Shown here: positions 33,230 to 43,028 of the stretch, piece by piece
How the letters are laid out: every line of letters begins with the position of its first letter
Numbering within the stretch: the stretch's first letter is position 1
Assembly: GCA_964383365.1 (NCBI GenBank)
Contig: CAYLHF010000017.1
Coordinates: forward strand, 3,506 to 67,505
DNA from: an uncultured Rhodothermales bacterium
Lineage (GTDB): Bacteria; Bacteroidota; Rhodothermia; Rhodothermales; UBA10348
Direction: 5' to 3'
DNA length: 64,000 nt
Position numbers and translations under genes: made by a program
Notes under the pieces: generated by a model
What the model was told of the DNA's origin: nothing
Seen by the model: the letters and a program-made list of their open reading frames with translations, nothing else
The model's database searches: none

Positions 33230-34384
33230 TCATGCCAAGTCCTCATCCCAGGTCTGTCGAATATCGAGTCCTGCGTTCACAAGTTTTCTTACAAATTCAT
33301 CCTTTGGCAATACCTGTTCCGGTGGCAGGAGGCCTCCGCCCGGGATCTTCTTTCGAGCGAGCATCACGGCTACCGTCGCAGCCGAGAGCGCCGTACACGT
33401 TCTCATGGCCGTCATTTCCGTTTCTTCATTGTAGTGTTCTACCAACTCGAACGTGAGCTTCCTGGATGTGCCGTCGAGTTCACCACAGATTTCTACACGG
33501 AGTAACACGACGTCTTTATATGAACCTCCGAGACGTTGCTTTAGCCGACGTACGAAAACGTCCCGATAGGTGAGGTGGGTTCTTATATCCAGATTTTTTT
33601 GCTCGCCGAATCCCAGGGCCAGAAGCAGGCGCATCTGTTCGGCGTGACCAGGCCATCGAATGGCCTTGTGGTCGAAGCGATCGAGTCCCAGCCCGAGCTC
33701 AGACCACTGGTCGGTGAGAGTGCTCGACGTTAGAAAAGCCTCCAGGTTCGGAAATGAGTCACCGAACGAGATGGGCTCGCATTCTTCGAGAGGCTCTTTC
33801 GGGACGAGCTTACCGTCTCTGGCTACGTACGCCCGGGTTGTGTAATCTGATACCAACTTTTCGGCAGACCAGGCGATACGAAAATTAAATGGTGGTTCCG
33901 GATGCAACGGGACGTTCCCAATGAGAATTTGGGCACTCTCTGCCCGGTCGAATTGCTCGATTCCATATAAACAGAGGATGTTCACGAGGCCGGGATCGAG
34001 GCCACAGTTCGGGATGATCCAGAGGCCACGTGTTCTGGCGTCCCTGGCCAGATTCGGATCCGAAAAACCATCATCGTATCCGCCACCCAGGTCGCAGAAA
34101 GGGCTACCGATGGATATGCACGAGCGGGCAATATCCGGGTTGAGACTCGGGGTACTGGCCCCAATAACGCAGTCGCTTCCTGCGAGGATGGGGGTCAAGG
34201 AAGTGGCATCGCGGGCATCCATGTGGAAGAGTCTGAGTTTAGGACTGTCCACCCTTGACTCAATCGAGTTCAGACTTCTACGGTGTGCATCACAGACCTG
34301 AACAATCGAGATATGATCTCTTTTTACCAGGTCGCAAGCTATGGCCGACCCCATGTGACCGGCTCCGATAATCGTGATCTTCAT
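33230..34384 (-). CDS. Saccharopine dehydrogenase-like oxidoreductase (lysine 6-dehydrogenase-like), paralog 1
   Basis: IIGAGHMG Rossmann motif, CGLDPG, AWSAEKL, AIRWPGH, TAMRTCT. Confidence 0.85.
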   Translation of the reverse strand: MKITIIGAGHMGSAIACDLVKRDHISIVQVCDAHRRSLNSIESRVDSPKLRLFHMDARDATSLTPILAGSDCVIGASTPSLNPDIARSCISIGSPFCDLGGGYDDGFSDPNLARDARTRGLWIIPNCGLDPGLVNILCLYGIEQFDRAESAQILIGNVPLHPEPPFNFRIAWSAEKLVSDYTTRAYVARDGKLVPKEPLEECEPISFGDSFPNLEAFLTSSTLTDQWSELGLGLDRFDHKAIRWPGHAEQMRLLLALGFGEQKNLDIRTHLTYRDVFVRRLKQRLGGSYKDVVLLRVEICGELDGTSRKLTFELVEHYNEETEMTAMRTCTALSAATVAVMLARKKIPGGGLLPPEQVLPKDEFVRKLVNAGLDIRQTWDEDLA

Positions 34385-34516
34385 ACTCCGGACCAGACTT
34401 AGTTACAAATTAGGACGGATGTCTACTATTTTTAGTGAAATGAGACTGTATCAGTCTTCTCTGCGTAGAAGGTCGGTACTGTTTGACAACCTGATACCAC
34501 CAGTAAATGTAAGATC

Positions 34517-35716
34517 ATGGGAAGAAAGAGAGGAACGATCGGGATCTTGACGGGCGGAGGGGACGTGCCGGGCCTGAATCCAGCCATTCGGGCAGTGACC
34601 ATTCGAGCCATCCGGGAGGGGTATCGGGTTATCGGTATCCGGAGAGGATGGGCAGGTCTGGTCGATCTCGTCCCGGAGAAGGATGCGGAGAACGGTCACG
34701 CTTTCCAGGAGCTAACCGAGGAAGTGGTCAATCGGGCCGGGCGTACAGGAGGTACGTTTATCCACTCGTCACGAACGAGACCGAGCCATCTACCAAAGTC
34801 ACAGGTTCCTCCGCATCTTGCAGACCGGTACACGGATGAAATCAATGACGTGACGCCAGACGTTCTCAAGTCAATTGAATTTCTTGGACTCAATTTTTTG
34901 ATTCCCATCGGTGGAGACGATACGCTCAGCTACGCCCATCGTCTTCACGAAGAAGGGGTCAAGGTTGTGGCCATTCCGAAGACAATGGACAATGACGTAC
35001 CGGGTACAGACTACTGCATTGGCTTTGGTACCTGTGTTACCAGGACCATCGAGTTGACCCACACGCTCCGGACTTCCGCCGGATCACACGAGCGATTCCT
35101 TGTCATCGAAGTTTTCGGAAGATACGCAGGCTATACCGCACTCCTTCCTACCATGGCCGGAGCTGCCGATCGATGTGTCATCCCAGAACATCATTTTGAC
35201 CCGGAACACCTGACCGAACTACTCTCGCATGATCGTAGTCGAAATCCATCCAAATACGCCGTTGTACTGGTCTCCGAAGGGGCAAAAATGATTGGTCAGG
35301 AAGATCATCAGTTCAAGGGGCACGAGGCAGATCAATACGGACACAGAAAATTGGGCGGGATTGGTGATCGGGTAGCGGCAGATCTGAAACGACTGTCTCC
35401 GAAATACAATAATGGGAAGAGGGTAAATATCGTCAGTCAGAGACTCGGGTATCTGGTTCGATGTGGAGATCCGGATGCACTCGACTCCATCGTGCCGATG
35501 GCATTCGGGAATCTGGCTTTTGACCTCGTGCTGGCCAATAAATCGGGGCGACTCGTAAGTCTCCGGAGCGGGACATACGATAACGTACCGATAGACGTTA
35601 TTACCGGTACTAAAAAAGTGGTTGACGTGAGCAAGTATTACAATACGGACAGGCTTCGTCCGTATTACCATTCCTTCAATCGAAGACCGACGTTTATCAT
35701 GACAAGTGATATCTGA
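34517..35716 (+). CDS. pfkA: 6-phosphofructokinase (PfkA family) with PPi-type signature
   Basis: LTGGGDVPGLN, GGTFIHSSR, IGGDDT, PKTMDND, EVFGRYAG, LGYLVRCG. Confidence 0.92.
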   Translation: MGRKRGTIGILTGGGDVPGLNPAIRAVTIRAIREGYRVIGIRRGWAGLVDLVPEKDAENGHAFQELTEEVVNRAGRTGGTFIHSSRTRPSHLPKSQVPPHLADRYTDEINDVTPDVLKSIEFLGLNFLIPIGGDDTLSYAHRLHEEGVKVVAIPKTMDNDVPGTDYCIGFGTCVTRTIELTHTLRTSAGSHERFLVIEVFGRYAGYTALLPTMAGAADRCVIPEHHFDPEHLTELLSHDRSRNPSKYAVVLVSEGAKMIGQEDHQFKGHEADQYGHRKLGGIGDRVAADLKRLSPKYNNGKRVNIVSQRLGYLVRCGDPDALDSIVPMAFGNLAFDLVLANKSGRLVSLRSGTYDNVPIDVITGTKKVVDVSKYYNTDRLRPYYHSFNRRPTFIMTSDI

Positions 35717-35755
35717 GTTGGGAGGCTGTCCGCAGGTGCGCACCGCGGCTTCAAC

Positions 35756-37471
35756 TCAGACCTGGAGTATCCCTCGTTCGTCCGGGACGAGTCTTCGGAT
35801 AATGATCGTCGAGAGGGCGATCAGTATCATCAGAAAGACACTGTAGGCGGCAGCACCCCCGAAGTCATACAGACGGAGTTGTGAAAGGATTTCGACGCTG
35901 ATGGGTCTGTTCTGGAAGACATACAACATGATGGAGGATACAAATTCTCCAAGCGCCGCTACGAATGTCAGAAGAGATCCCGCAGCGATACCGGGTGCTA
36001 TTGTCGGGAGTACCACCCGCCTGAGTGTATGAAAACGAGATGCCCCCAGATCCACGGACGCCTCGGTCAGTCGGTCGTCAAAGTTCTCGAGAGCGGCAAC
36101 CGTAGATCGAAATACCAGAGGGATGTGTCTGATGAAATAAGCTAACGGCAGCATCCAGAAAGAACCCACCAACACACGTCCCAGTGTTAGCGTCGACGGT
36201 TCGTTGAACGTTGCGATCAGATTGACAGCGATGACCGTGCCCGGGATCGCAAATGGGAGAATAGCCAGGCCACGAAGAAGGAATCGGCCCGGTATACTAC
36301 CCTTGACGATGAAGAGGGCAGCGCTGACGCCGAACAGGATATTTCCGATTGTAGCTATGGTAGCCATTCTGATACTATTCCATACGGGTTCGAAAACATC
36401 GGGTTGGACGACCAGGTCGACATAATTTCGCAGCGTAAAGTGCTCAGGGAAAACCTGATAGGTCCAACTTCCTTCCTGTACGAAGGAGATCAGGGCTACC
36501 GTTGCAATGGGGAGTAGCAGAAGGACAAGAGCGATCACTCCGCCAAACAGCATAATGGCCCGGCCTATGCCACTCGATATGGATGTGCGCCTAACAGTCG
36601 CTCCTTTGGAGGCCCTTGCCTTTCCGGATCGATTCCGAATCTCAATCAGAATTAGAAAAAAGATGCAGATGGCTGTCAGAATCGTCGAAACTGTTGATGA
36701 ATGGGCCATATTCCCATTCATTTTGTAATTATAAATCTGGAGTGTCAGAAAATTGTCGGAACCGGCAAACAGGAGCGGAGCCGTAAAGGATGCCATCGAT
36801 ATCATAAAAACAAGCAACGATGCACTCACGATAGCTGGACGTAGATGGGGTAGAATGATCCGGCGAAAGGTATAGAACGTTCCAGCTCCAAGATCCTCGG
36901 ACGCATCCATCAACGAGCCATCGAATTCGCTCAGGGCCGATGAACAAAAGAGATAGAAGAAGACGTACATCGAATAGACGTGGACCAGCAAAACCGCCCA
37001 CAGACCACCGAATGAAAACGGTACTGTTTCCAGGTCGAAGAAGGATTGGATGGCGCGAGGTAATATTCCGCTCTCGCCGTAGAGAAACAGAAATGCAAGG
37101 ACTCCTACGAGCGGAGGAAGCGCTAGCGGAAGGGCGACAATCCCGGAGAGGGCTTTCTTTAGTGGAAAGCTGTATCTGAAGAAAACATACGCCAGACCGA
37201 TTCCGACCATCGCAGATCCGACCACGGACCAGAAAGAAATCCAGACGGAATTCCAGAGTGCCCGGACGTTTGCCGACGCAAGTGAGGAAAATACTCGGCT
37301 CAGATTTTCCGGCCTGATGCCTTCGGCGATTACGGTCAGGCTCGGATACAGCACATATCCGCCGAGAATCAGAGCGATTCCCAGAAGCGCCATCCATTCG
37401 GTCCGGCCTGAGAACCACAAAAACCGGGTATGGGAACGGGTTACAAGCCTATGAAGACGAAATTCGGGCAT
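35756..37471 (-). CDS. ABC transporter permease, FbpB/AfuB (Fe3+/thiamine-type), duplicated BPD_transp_1
   Basis: LPLALPPLVG; two EAA loops (LMDASEDLGA, LTEASVDLGA); LGEF. Confidence 0.88.
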   Translation of the reverse strand: MPEFRLHRLVTRSHTRFLWFSGRTEWMALLGIALILGGYVLYPSLTVIAEGIRPENLSRVFSSLASANVRALWNSVWISFWSVVGSAMVGIGLAYVFFRYSFPLKKALSGIVALPLALPPLVGVLAFLFLYGESGILPRAIQSFFDLETVPFSFGGLWAVLLVHVYSMYVFFYLFCSSALSEFDGSLMDASEDLGAGTFYTFRRIILPHLRPAIVSASLLVFMISMASFTAPLLFAGSDNFLTLQIYNYKMNGNMAHSSTVSTILTAICIFFLILIEIRNRSGKARASKGATVRRTSISSGIGRAIMLFGGVIALVLLLLPIATVALISFVQEGSWTYQVFPEHFTLRNYVDLVVQPDVFEPVWNSIRMATIATIGNILFGVSAALFIVKGSIPGRFLLRGLAILPFAIPGTVIAVNLIATFNEPSTLTLGRVLVGSFWMLPLAYFIRHIPLVFRSTVAALENFDDRLTEASVDLGASRFHTLRRVVLPTIAPGIAAGSLLTFVAALGEFVSSIMLYVFQNRPISVEILSQLRLYDFGGAAAYSVFLMILIALSTIIIRRLVPDERGILQV

Positions 37472-37482
37472 CGCTGCATCTC

Positions 37483-38106
37483 TTAGACATTCACCCGGCT
37501 TTCGATGGCTCGGGTCAATGTCGCCTCATCCGCAAATTCCAGATTACCTCCGATCGGAATACCCCGGGCAAGTCGGGAGATAGCCACATCAAAAGGTTTC
37601 AGAAGTTGGGTGATATAATAGGCAGTGGTATCTCCTTCGACATTGGGGTTCACAGCCAGTATGATCTCTCTGACGGGCGTCGGTTCGATGAGGGCACTGG
37701 ATTCGGGATCCAGTCTTTTGATCAGCTCTCTGATTCTCAGGTCGTCGGGTCCCACTCCGTCGAGTGGAGAAATGACCCCCCCCAGCACATGATAGATCCC
37801 CTGGAAGCCATGCGTTTTTTCGATGGCCAGCACATCATTTGACTCTTCTACGACACAAATCACCCCGGCGTCTCTTTTCGGAGAACTGCAGATGGGACAC
37901 GGATCGTTGTCCGTGACCGAGAAACACACAGAGCAGTCGACTACGTTGTCTTTTACGTCCAGAAGAGCACTGGACAGCCTGGCGACGTCATCCCTGGACA
38001 TTTTCAGGATATACGATGCCAGACGCTGAGCGGTCTTTCTACCGATGGTGGGAAGCCTCGAAAACTGTTCAACGAGCGCTTCGACGGACTCGGAAGTGAA
38101 TTGCAT
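37483..38106 (-). CDS. recR: Recombination mediator RecR
   Basis: [17 protein letters not shown]...CPIC zinc finger, [24 protein letters not shown]. Confidence 0.97.
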   Translation of the reverse strand: MQFTSESVEALVEQFSRLPTIGRKTAQRLASYILKMSRDDVARLSSALLDVKDNVVDCSVCFSVTDNDPCPICSSPKRDAGVICVVEESNDVLAIEKTHGFQGIYHVLGGVISPLDGVGPDDLRIRELIKRLDPESSALIEPTPVREIILAVNPNVEGDTTAYYITQLLKPFDVAISRLARGIPIGGNLEFADEATLTRAIESRVNV

Positions 38107-38116
38107 GGGCGATGTG

Positions 38117-38455
38117 CTACAGTCCGAATTTACTCATGTCCATGCCAGGAGGTAGGAATCCGCCGGCTGCTTTGGACATTTCATCCTTCGCAACCTGAGC
38201 GGCTTCCTCCAGAGCCTTATTTACTCCGGCAATAATCAGATCCTCAAGCAATTCCACATCTTCACGGTCGACTACTTCTTTCTCGATCGAAATGGCCGTG
38301 ACGCGCTGCTGGCCGTTGGCGGTCACCTTTACCATGCCACCGCCGGCTTCGGCGGTTACCGATTTGGCAGCAAGCGTGTCCTGCGTGGCACTCATCGTCC
38401 GTTGCATGTCCATCATTTTGCTGACCATGTCAGCCATATTCAGTTTGTCAGGCAT
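38117..38455 (-). CDS. ybaB: Nucleoid-associated protein YbaB/EbfC
   Basis: [27 protein letters not shown]; between dnaX and recR. Confidence 0.95.
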   Translation of the reverse strand: MPDKLNMADMVSKMMDMQRTMSATQDTLAAKSVTAEAGGGMVKVTANGQQRVTAISIEKEVVDREDVELLEDLIIAGVNKALEEAAQVAKDEMSKAAGGFLPPGMDMSKFGL

Positions 38456-38512
38456 AAGTATGTTTTTTTAAGCGGCGATTCGACTGGAGTGAGTCAAGAA
38501 GAGATCAGGCGA

Positions 38513-40513
38513 TCACCATACGATCTCACCACCAAAACGCTCCACGAGCGATTTGACTGCGGGATTCTCTTCACATTTATTTTTCAGGAATGCTCGGGCA
38601 TCAAACGCTTCATGTTCCTCCTCGGTCCCCCGTAGCAATTCTTCTGAAACGACCAGTCGAATATCGATCTGAGCAAATCCGGCATCTGCGGCGAGTTTGC
38701 GAGATAGTTCTTTCTGTTCATCTCTAAGCATGCGTTTATGAAAATCATCCGGGACACCGATGCGGACGATGCCACCGGAGGCGGACAACACACTCGTCTG
38801 ACTCAGAAGCGAACCGAGCCGGACTCGGGTCTCGCTAACTGAACTGACCAGTGTTTCCCACGCTTTGGAGGTCCGTTCCATCATGGAATCGGGGTCATCA
38901 TTGGTATCCGGGGGCGGTGCCACGAGAACGTCCGTTTCTGGCACTGAAACCCGATTGGAGGGCGTGGCTTTCACCTGCGACGAGGATCGTTTCAAGGCAG
39001 GAGGGGCCAGACCAAGGGGCACTCCCGGAGCGACGGTTTTTGATGACGCAGAAACGGGAGAGTCGGGAGTCGGGAGAGCAGATTCGACGACTGACGGGTA
39101 GGAGGGCGAGGGAATGGGCTCAGGACGGGATGGTTCAGGTGTCGGTGGCTTAACTGTTGCAGGAGGGGGTAGCGCAGGTGTTGGTGGTTCAACTGCTGCA
39201 GTAGGGGGTGGCGCAGGTGTTGGTCGTTTAACTGTCGCGAGAGGGGGTAGGGTGGATGCCTCGGTCTCTGTTGGCGTCTGCGTCGGCACAGGTGGGGCCT
39301 GGGCCGGTGTCGTCGGGCTCGATACCGATGCCTTGAATCCTCCTTTCAGAGCCAGTGATTCCAGACGGTCCAGTGTGTCGAGCGCCTTCCTCATATCGAT
39401 GGCTTCCGGTAACGTCGCCATGCGTACGAGTGCCATTTCCAGTCTAAGCCTGGGCTGGCGAGTTGTTCTGAGCGTATCGGCGGTCTCTCCTACGAGATGA
39501 ATACAGTGCAGGAGACGCGATTCAGTCATCGAATCGGCTTCGGTCTGATATCTGACTCGATCCTGACTGGTGACCTCAAGCAGAGACGTGTCATCTACGG
39601 TCTTGACCACGAGTAAATTTCTGAAGTGTTCGGCCAGTCCGTCGAGAAATTCCTGGAGATCATATCCCCGTCCGACAACTCTGTCGACGATCTGAATCAT
39701 GGCTCCGGATTGGCCTTCTACGGCGGCTTTAGTCACCTCGAAGAACACGTCCGAGTCTACGACTCCCAGCGCTCCGATCAACTCCTGGTAGTCCAGACGA
39801 GCGCCGCAGAGCGAAACCGCCTGGTCGAACACGGACAGGGCATCTCTCAGGGCCCCATCTCCTCGACGCGCGATGAGCATCAACGAGGCTTCATCCGCGT
39901 CGATAGACTCTTCGGTACAGATTTCGGTCAGGCGCGAAATAATTTCAGGGATTGCAATTCGTCGGAAATCAAACCGCTGGCAACGCGATTGTATCGTTGC
40001 CAGAACTTTGTGTGGCTCGGTCGTGGCGAATATAAAAAGGGCGTGTGGAGGTGGCTCCTCCAATGTTTTCAAGAGTGCGTTGAACGCTGCATTCGAGAGC
40101 ATGTGTACCTCATCGATGATGTACACTTTCATTCTCGCTCCCTGGGGAGGAATGCGGACCGTCTCTCTCAGGTCTCTGACGTCGTCCACGCGGTTATTTG
40201 ATGCCGCATCGATTTCTATGATGTTTAAATTTCTGCCCTCTTCAAATGAGTGGCAGGAATCACAGGATCGACACGGCTCGGCTCCGTCAACGCGCTCCTT
40301 CAGGGGCGTTTCACAATTAATCGCTTTCGCAAGAATCCGAGCTGCGGTTGTTTTTCCAACTCCTCTCGGACCCGAGAAGAGATAGGCGTGAGCCAATCGG
40401 TCCAGCTTCACGGCATTCTTGAGGGTCTCGGATACGTGCTCTTGAGAGACCACATCGCTGAACACCTGCGGCCGATATTTTCTGGCCGTGACCAGATAGG
40501 ATTGATCTGACAT
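38513..40513 (-). CDS. dnaX: DNA polymerase III subunit gamma/tau
   Basis: ARKYRPQ, GPRGVGKTT, EIDAASN, IIDEVHML, LLKTLEEPP, SRCQ; Pro-rich linker. Confidence 0.97.
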   Translation of the reverse strand: MSDQSYLVTARKYRPQVFSDVVSQEHVSETLKNAVKLDRLAHAYLFSGPRGVGKTTAARILAKAINCETPLKERVDGAEPCRSCDSCHSFEEGRNLNIIEIDAASNNRVDDVRDLRETVRIPPQGARMKVYIIDEVHMLSNAAFNALLKTLEEPPPHALFIFATTEPHKVLATIQSRCQRFDFRRIAIPEIISRLTEICTEESIDADEASLMLIARRGDGALRDALSVFDQAVSLCGARLDYQELIGALGVVDSDVFFEVTKAAVEGQSGAMIQIVDRVVGRGYDLQEFLDGLAEHFRNLLVVKTVDDTSLLEVTSQDRVRYQTEADSMTESRLLHCIHLVGETADTLRTTRQPRLRLEMALVRMATLPEAIDMRKALDTLDRLESLALKGGFKASVSSPTTPAQAPPVPTQTPTETEASTLPPLATVKRPTPAPPPTAAVEPPTPALPPPATVKPPTPEPSRPEPIPSPSYPSVVESALPTPDSPVSASSKTVAPGVPLGLAPPALKRSSSQVKATPSNRVSVPETDVLVAPPPDTNDDPDSMMERTSKAWETLVSSVSETRVRLGSLLSQTSVLSASGGIVRIGVPDDFHKRMLRDEQKELSRKLAADAGFAQIDIRLVVSEELLRGTEEEHEAFDARAFLKNKCEENPAVKSLVERFGGEIVW
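39134..39250 (-). repeat. In-frame 39-bp (13-aa) imperfect tandem repeat x3 in the DnaX linker
   Basis: LPPLATVKRPTPA / PPPTAAVEPPTPA / LPPPATVKPPTPE. Confidence 0.8.
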
Positions 40514-40597
40514 GTTTCGCTCGGGTGGTGCGTTTGGAACCGACAGTCGTCGACCGATCGGTACATGTCAATATAGTCGGATGTTTCCGTCCGTGCT

Positions 40598-40933
40598 TCA
40601 GATTCCGACGGTGGTAAGTGCGGCTCCGAGAATCGATCGCGTGAGCGAAATGCGAAGTTCATCAATTCGACTCAGCGTCAATCCGGCCTGCTTCAGAGAT
40701 TCCATTCTCGCGAGATGAACGCGCGCCTGAACCAACCACTCAAATTCTTCCCGAGACAGTTCTCCTGCTCCGAGCAATGTCGTCCATCTCACCAGGTCTC
40801 TCCGCGTGTCGATCAGGAAAGATTTCCCCGACGCGATAATTGCCTCACGAGCTGCGGGGAGACTACTCTTGATCTCACCCGAAAATTGTGCCAACACGGC
40901 ATCCAGAAATGAATCTCGCTCCCTACTCGTCAT
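40598..40933 (-). CDS. Hypothetical alpha-helical protein (111 aa)
   Basis: Start overlaps the upstream stop (ATGA); amphipathic helical pattern. Confidence 0.75.
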   Translation of the reverse strand: MTSRERDSFLDAVLAQFSGEIKSSLPAAREAIIASGKSFLIDTRRDLVRWTTLLGAGELSREEFEWLVQARVHLARMESLKQAGLTLSRIDELRISLTRSILGAALTTVGI

Positions 40934-41382
40934 TTTCCCTCCCCTCTGTATCCGACTTTTATTTTTCCGCTCTCCAGACCAATGATGGTGTCAAAGGCTT
41001 TCGAGACGATACCAATCGACTCTTGAATAAACGGAGCTGACTGCGTACCGGAACGCTCCCATCGCTTCAGGAATCCACCCAGTAAATGTTGAGATGGGTC
41101 CAGTAGAATCTGCCACTGGCGGGCTGAATATTCGTTTCTCGGTCGACCCTTCGCAAATTCGAATGCTTTTTCCAGCTTGATCTTTAGAGACGTTATGTTC
41201 TTCCTGTATGTTGAATACGGCTCTTCGGCACGTTCCATCAGCTTTACAGAATCGACTTTAAGATCTATCGCGTATGTATACGCGGTTACGCTGTACGGGG
41301 CTATCGAAGGCGTACACGCCCAGAGTTGACCGCAAACAGCCAAAAGAAACAGTCGGAATCGTACCGCGGACGAATTATGCAC
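40930..41382 (-). CDS. Hypothetical lipoprotein (150 aa)
   Basis: Basic N-terminus, hydrophobic stretch and LWAC lipobox-like Cys; helical mature part. Confidence 0.75.
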   Translation of the reverse strand: MHNSSAVRFRLFLLAVCGQLWACTPSIAPYSVTAYTYAIDLKVDSVKLMERAEEPYSTYRKNITSLKIKLEKAFEFAKGRPRNEYSARQWQILLDPSQHLLGGFLKRWERSGTQSAPFIQESIGIVSKAFDTIIGLESGKIKVGYRGEGK

Positions 41383-41543
41383 CTCCGAACCTTCCTGATG
41401 GTGATTTTATTAAGTAGCTCCCCCGTAGATAACGTATTTCGTTACCCGATCACGACAGGGACCTGTTGGCCAGTACCGGGTTGGTCTGACTCGGAACGTC
41501 TTCGGGAGGAGGCCGTCAGATCGATTGCTCCTCATCAGGCCCA

Positions 41544-42635
41544 ATGAGAAAAATCATCCATATCGACATGGACGCGTTTTATGCGTCGGTAGAGCAGCGG
41601 GACAATCCGGAATTGAGAGGAAAGCCGGTCGCCGTGGGCGGCTCTTCAAAACGAGGTGTTGTGACGACGGCCAGCTATGAGGCCCGGAAATTTGGCGTAC
41701 GCTCTGCCATGTCGTCGGTTGTGGCTGCCCGAAAATGTCCCGGTCTGATTTTCGTGAAGACTCGATTCGACGTGTACAGACAAGTATCCAGAGAAATCCG
41801 GGCCATATTCAGACGGTATACACCACTGGTCGAGCCTCTATCTCTCGACGAAGCCTACCTCGATGTAACAGATCCCTTAAGGGGACCGCGGTCCGCAACG
41901 CTTATCGCTGAGGAGATCCGTGTGGCAATTTTTTCTGAGACGGGTCTCACGGCCTCCGCCGGAGTGTCATTCAACAAGTTTCTGGCCAAGGTCGGATCCG
42001 ATGTGAACAAACCCGATGGGATCACTGTCATCACACCAGAGATGGCTCCAGATTTTTTATCCGATCTACTCGTCGAGAAGTTTTATGGCGTCGGTCCTGT
42101 TACGGCCGCAAGGATGCATAAAATGGGCATCTTCAAAGGGAAGGACCTGCTACGGTTATCTGAAATAGAAATGAGGGAGCGGTTCGGGAAAGCCGGAGGA
42201 TATTACTATCGAATTGTCCGCTGTCAGGATAATCGTCAGGTCCATCCCAATCGGACTCGAAAATCGGTCGGGGCGGAGCGAACATTCGAAGAGGACGTGT
42301 CTGATCGAGTCGAACTACAAAGACGGCTGCGACCGATCGCAGAGGCAGTGGCCGCTAGAATGGGAAAAGCGAAGGTCATCGGAAAAACGGTCACACTCAA
42401 GATCAAATATCACGATTTTGTCGTGCGTTCAAGGCAGACCACAAGTGATCGGTACGTCCGTTCGGCAGATGAGCTTTTTGACATCGTAGGAGTGCTATTG
42501 GATCGACTGGTAAGTGAAAACGAACGGGCCATTCGTTTGCTCGGTGTCTCCGTATCGAGACTGCATTCGTTAAAAGATGATCCGGTCGAAGAACAGCTCA
42601 GATTATCGTTCTCCGAGTCGGTTCCGGTAGCGTAG
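41544..42635 (+). CDS. dinB: DNA polymerase IV
   Basis: HIDMDAFYASVE, ASYEARKFG, SLDEAYLD, NKFLAK; C-terminal QLRLSF clamp motif. Confidence 0.96.
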   Translation: MRKIIHIDMDAFYASVEQRDNPELRGKPVAVGGSSKRGVVTTASYEARKFGVRSAMSSVVAARKCPGLIFVKTRFDVYRQVSREIRAIFRRYTPLVEPLSLDEAYLDVTDPLRGPRSATLIAEEIRVAIFSETGLTASAGVSFNKFLAKVGSDVNKPDGITVITPEMAPDFLSDLLVEKFYGVGPVTAARMHKMGIFKGKDLLRLSEIEMRERFGKAGGYYYRIVRCQDNRQVHPNRTRKSVGAERTFEEDVSDRVELQRRLRPIAEAVAARMGKAKVIGKTVTLKIKYHDFVVRSRQTTSDRYVRSADELFDIVGVLLDRLVSENERAIRLLGVSVSRLHSLKDDPVEEQLRLSFSESVPVA

Positions 42636-42653
42636 GTACGTCGGAACCCGTAT

Positions 42654-43028
42654 TTACGCGGCGACGACGGGCGGAGTCGACGTTCGATGGACTGGACGGT
42701 TCCGATGAGCCGGTTTGATCGGTGTTTCGCGCGACGTTTTCCGGAGTCGTTGATTTCGTCTTGCCACTTCACCAGCGAGGAAAAATAGCGTGCCCCGTAG
42801 TTCCTCAACGGAATCGTCATTCGTGAGAACGGCTTGAACATACTGCTCCCGAGATCGGGCCTCGAGAAGGAGCATCCCTGCAGACGATACTGAATCTAGT
42901 GACAGGGTATGAAGATCTGTTCTCGACCTGACGACCGGAACCGGGCCGCTCACGTCTATTCCGAATGGTTTCGAGAGAATGCGCTTCAGTATCTCTTGAG
43001 CCGATGTTGGTTGTCCGATGGATTGCAT
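42654..43028 (-). CDS. Hypothetical protein (124 aa)
   Basis: ATG ORF convergent with dinB, basic disordered tail; no family recognised. Confidence 0.65.
   Translation of the reverse strand: MQSIGQPTSAQEILKRILSKPFGIDVSGPVPVVRSRTDLHTLSLDSVSSAGMLLLEARSREQYVQAVLTNDDSVEELRGTLFFLAGEVARRNQRLRKTSRETPIKPAHRNRPVHRTSTPPVVAA

Noticed and set aside
36729-37418. Long alternative-frame and antisense ORFs (e.g. 229 aa here; 7929-8522, 43977-44558, 54613-55218)
   Set aside because: Fully nested in well-supported genes, R/S/P-rich shadow-frame composition, no motifs
38513-40513. Programmed -1 frameshift or slippage producing DnaX gamma
   Set aside because: No A-AAA-AAG heptamer or long A run seen on the coding strand near the linker; the longest there is A5
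40514-40597. SRP RNA (ffs) or tRNA-Ser, often found upstream of dnaX
   Set aside because: The gap is only 84 bp and lacks the SRP GGAA/GCAGC core or a cloverleaf
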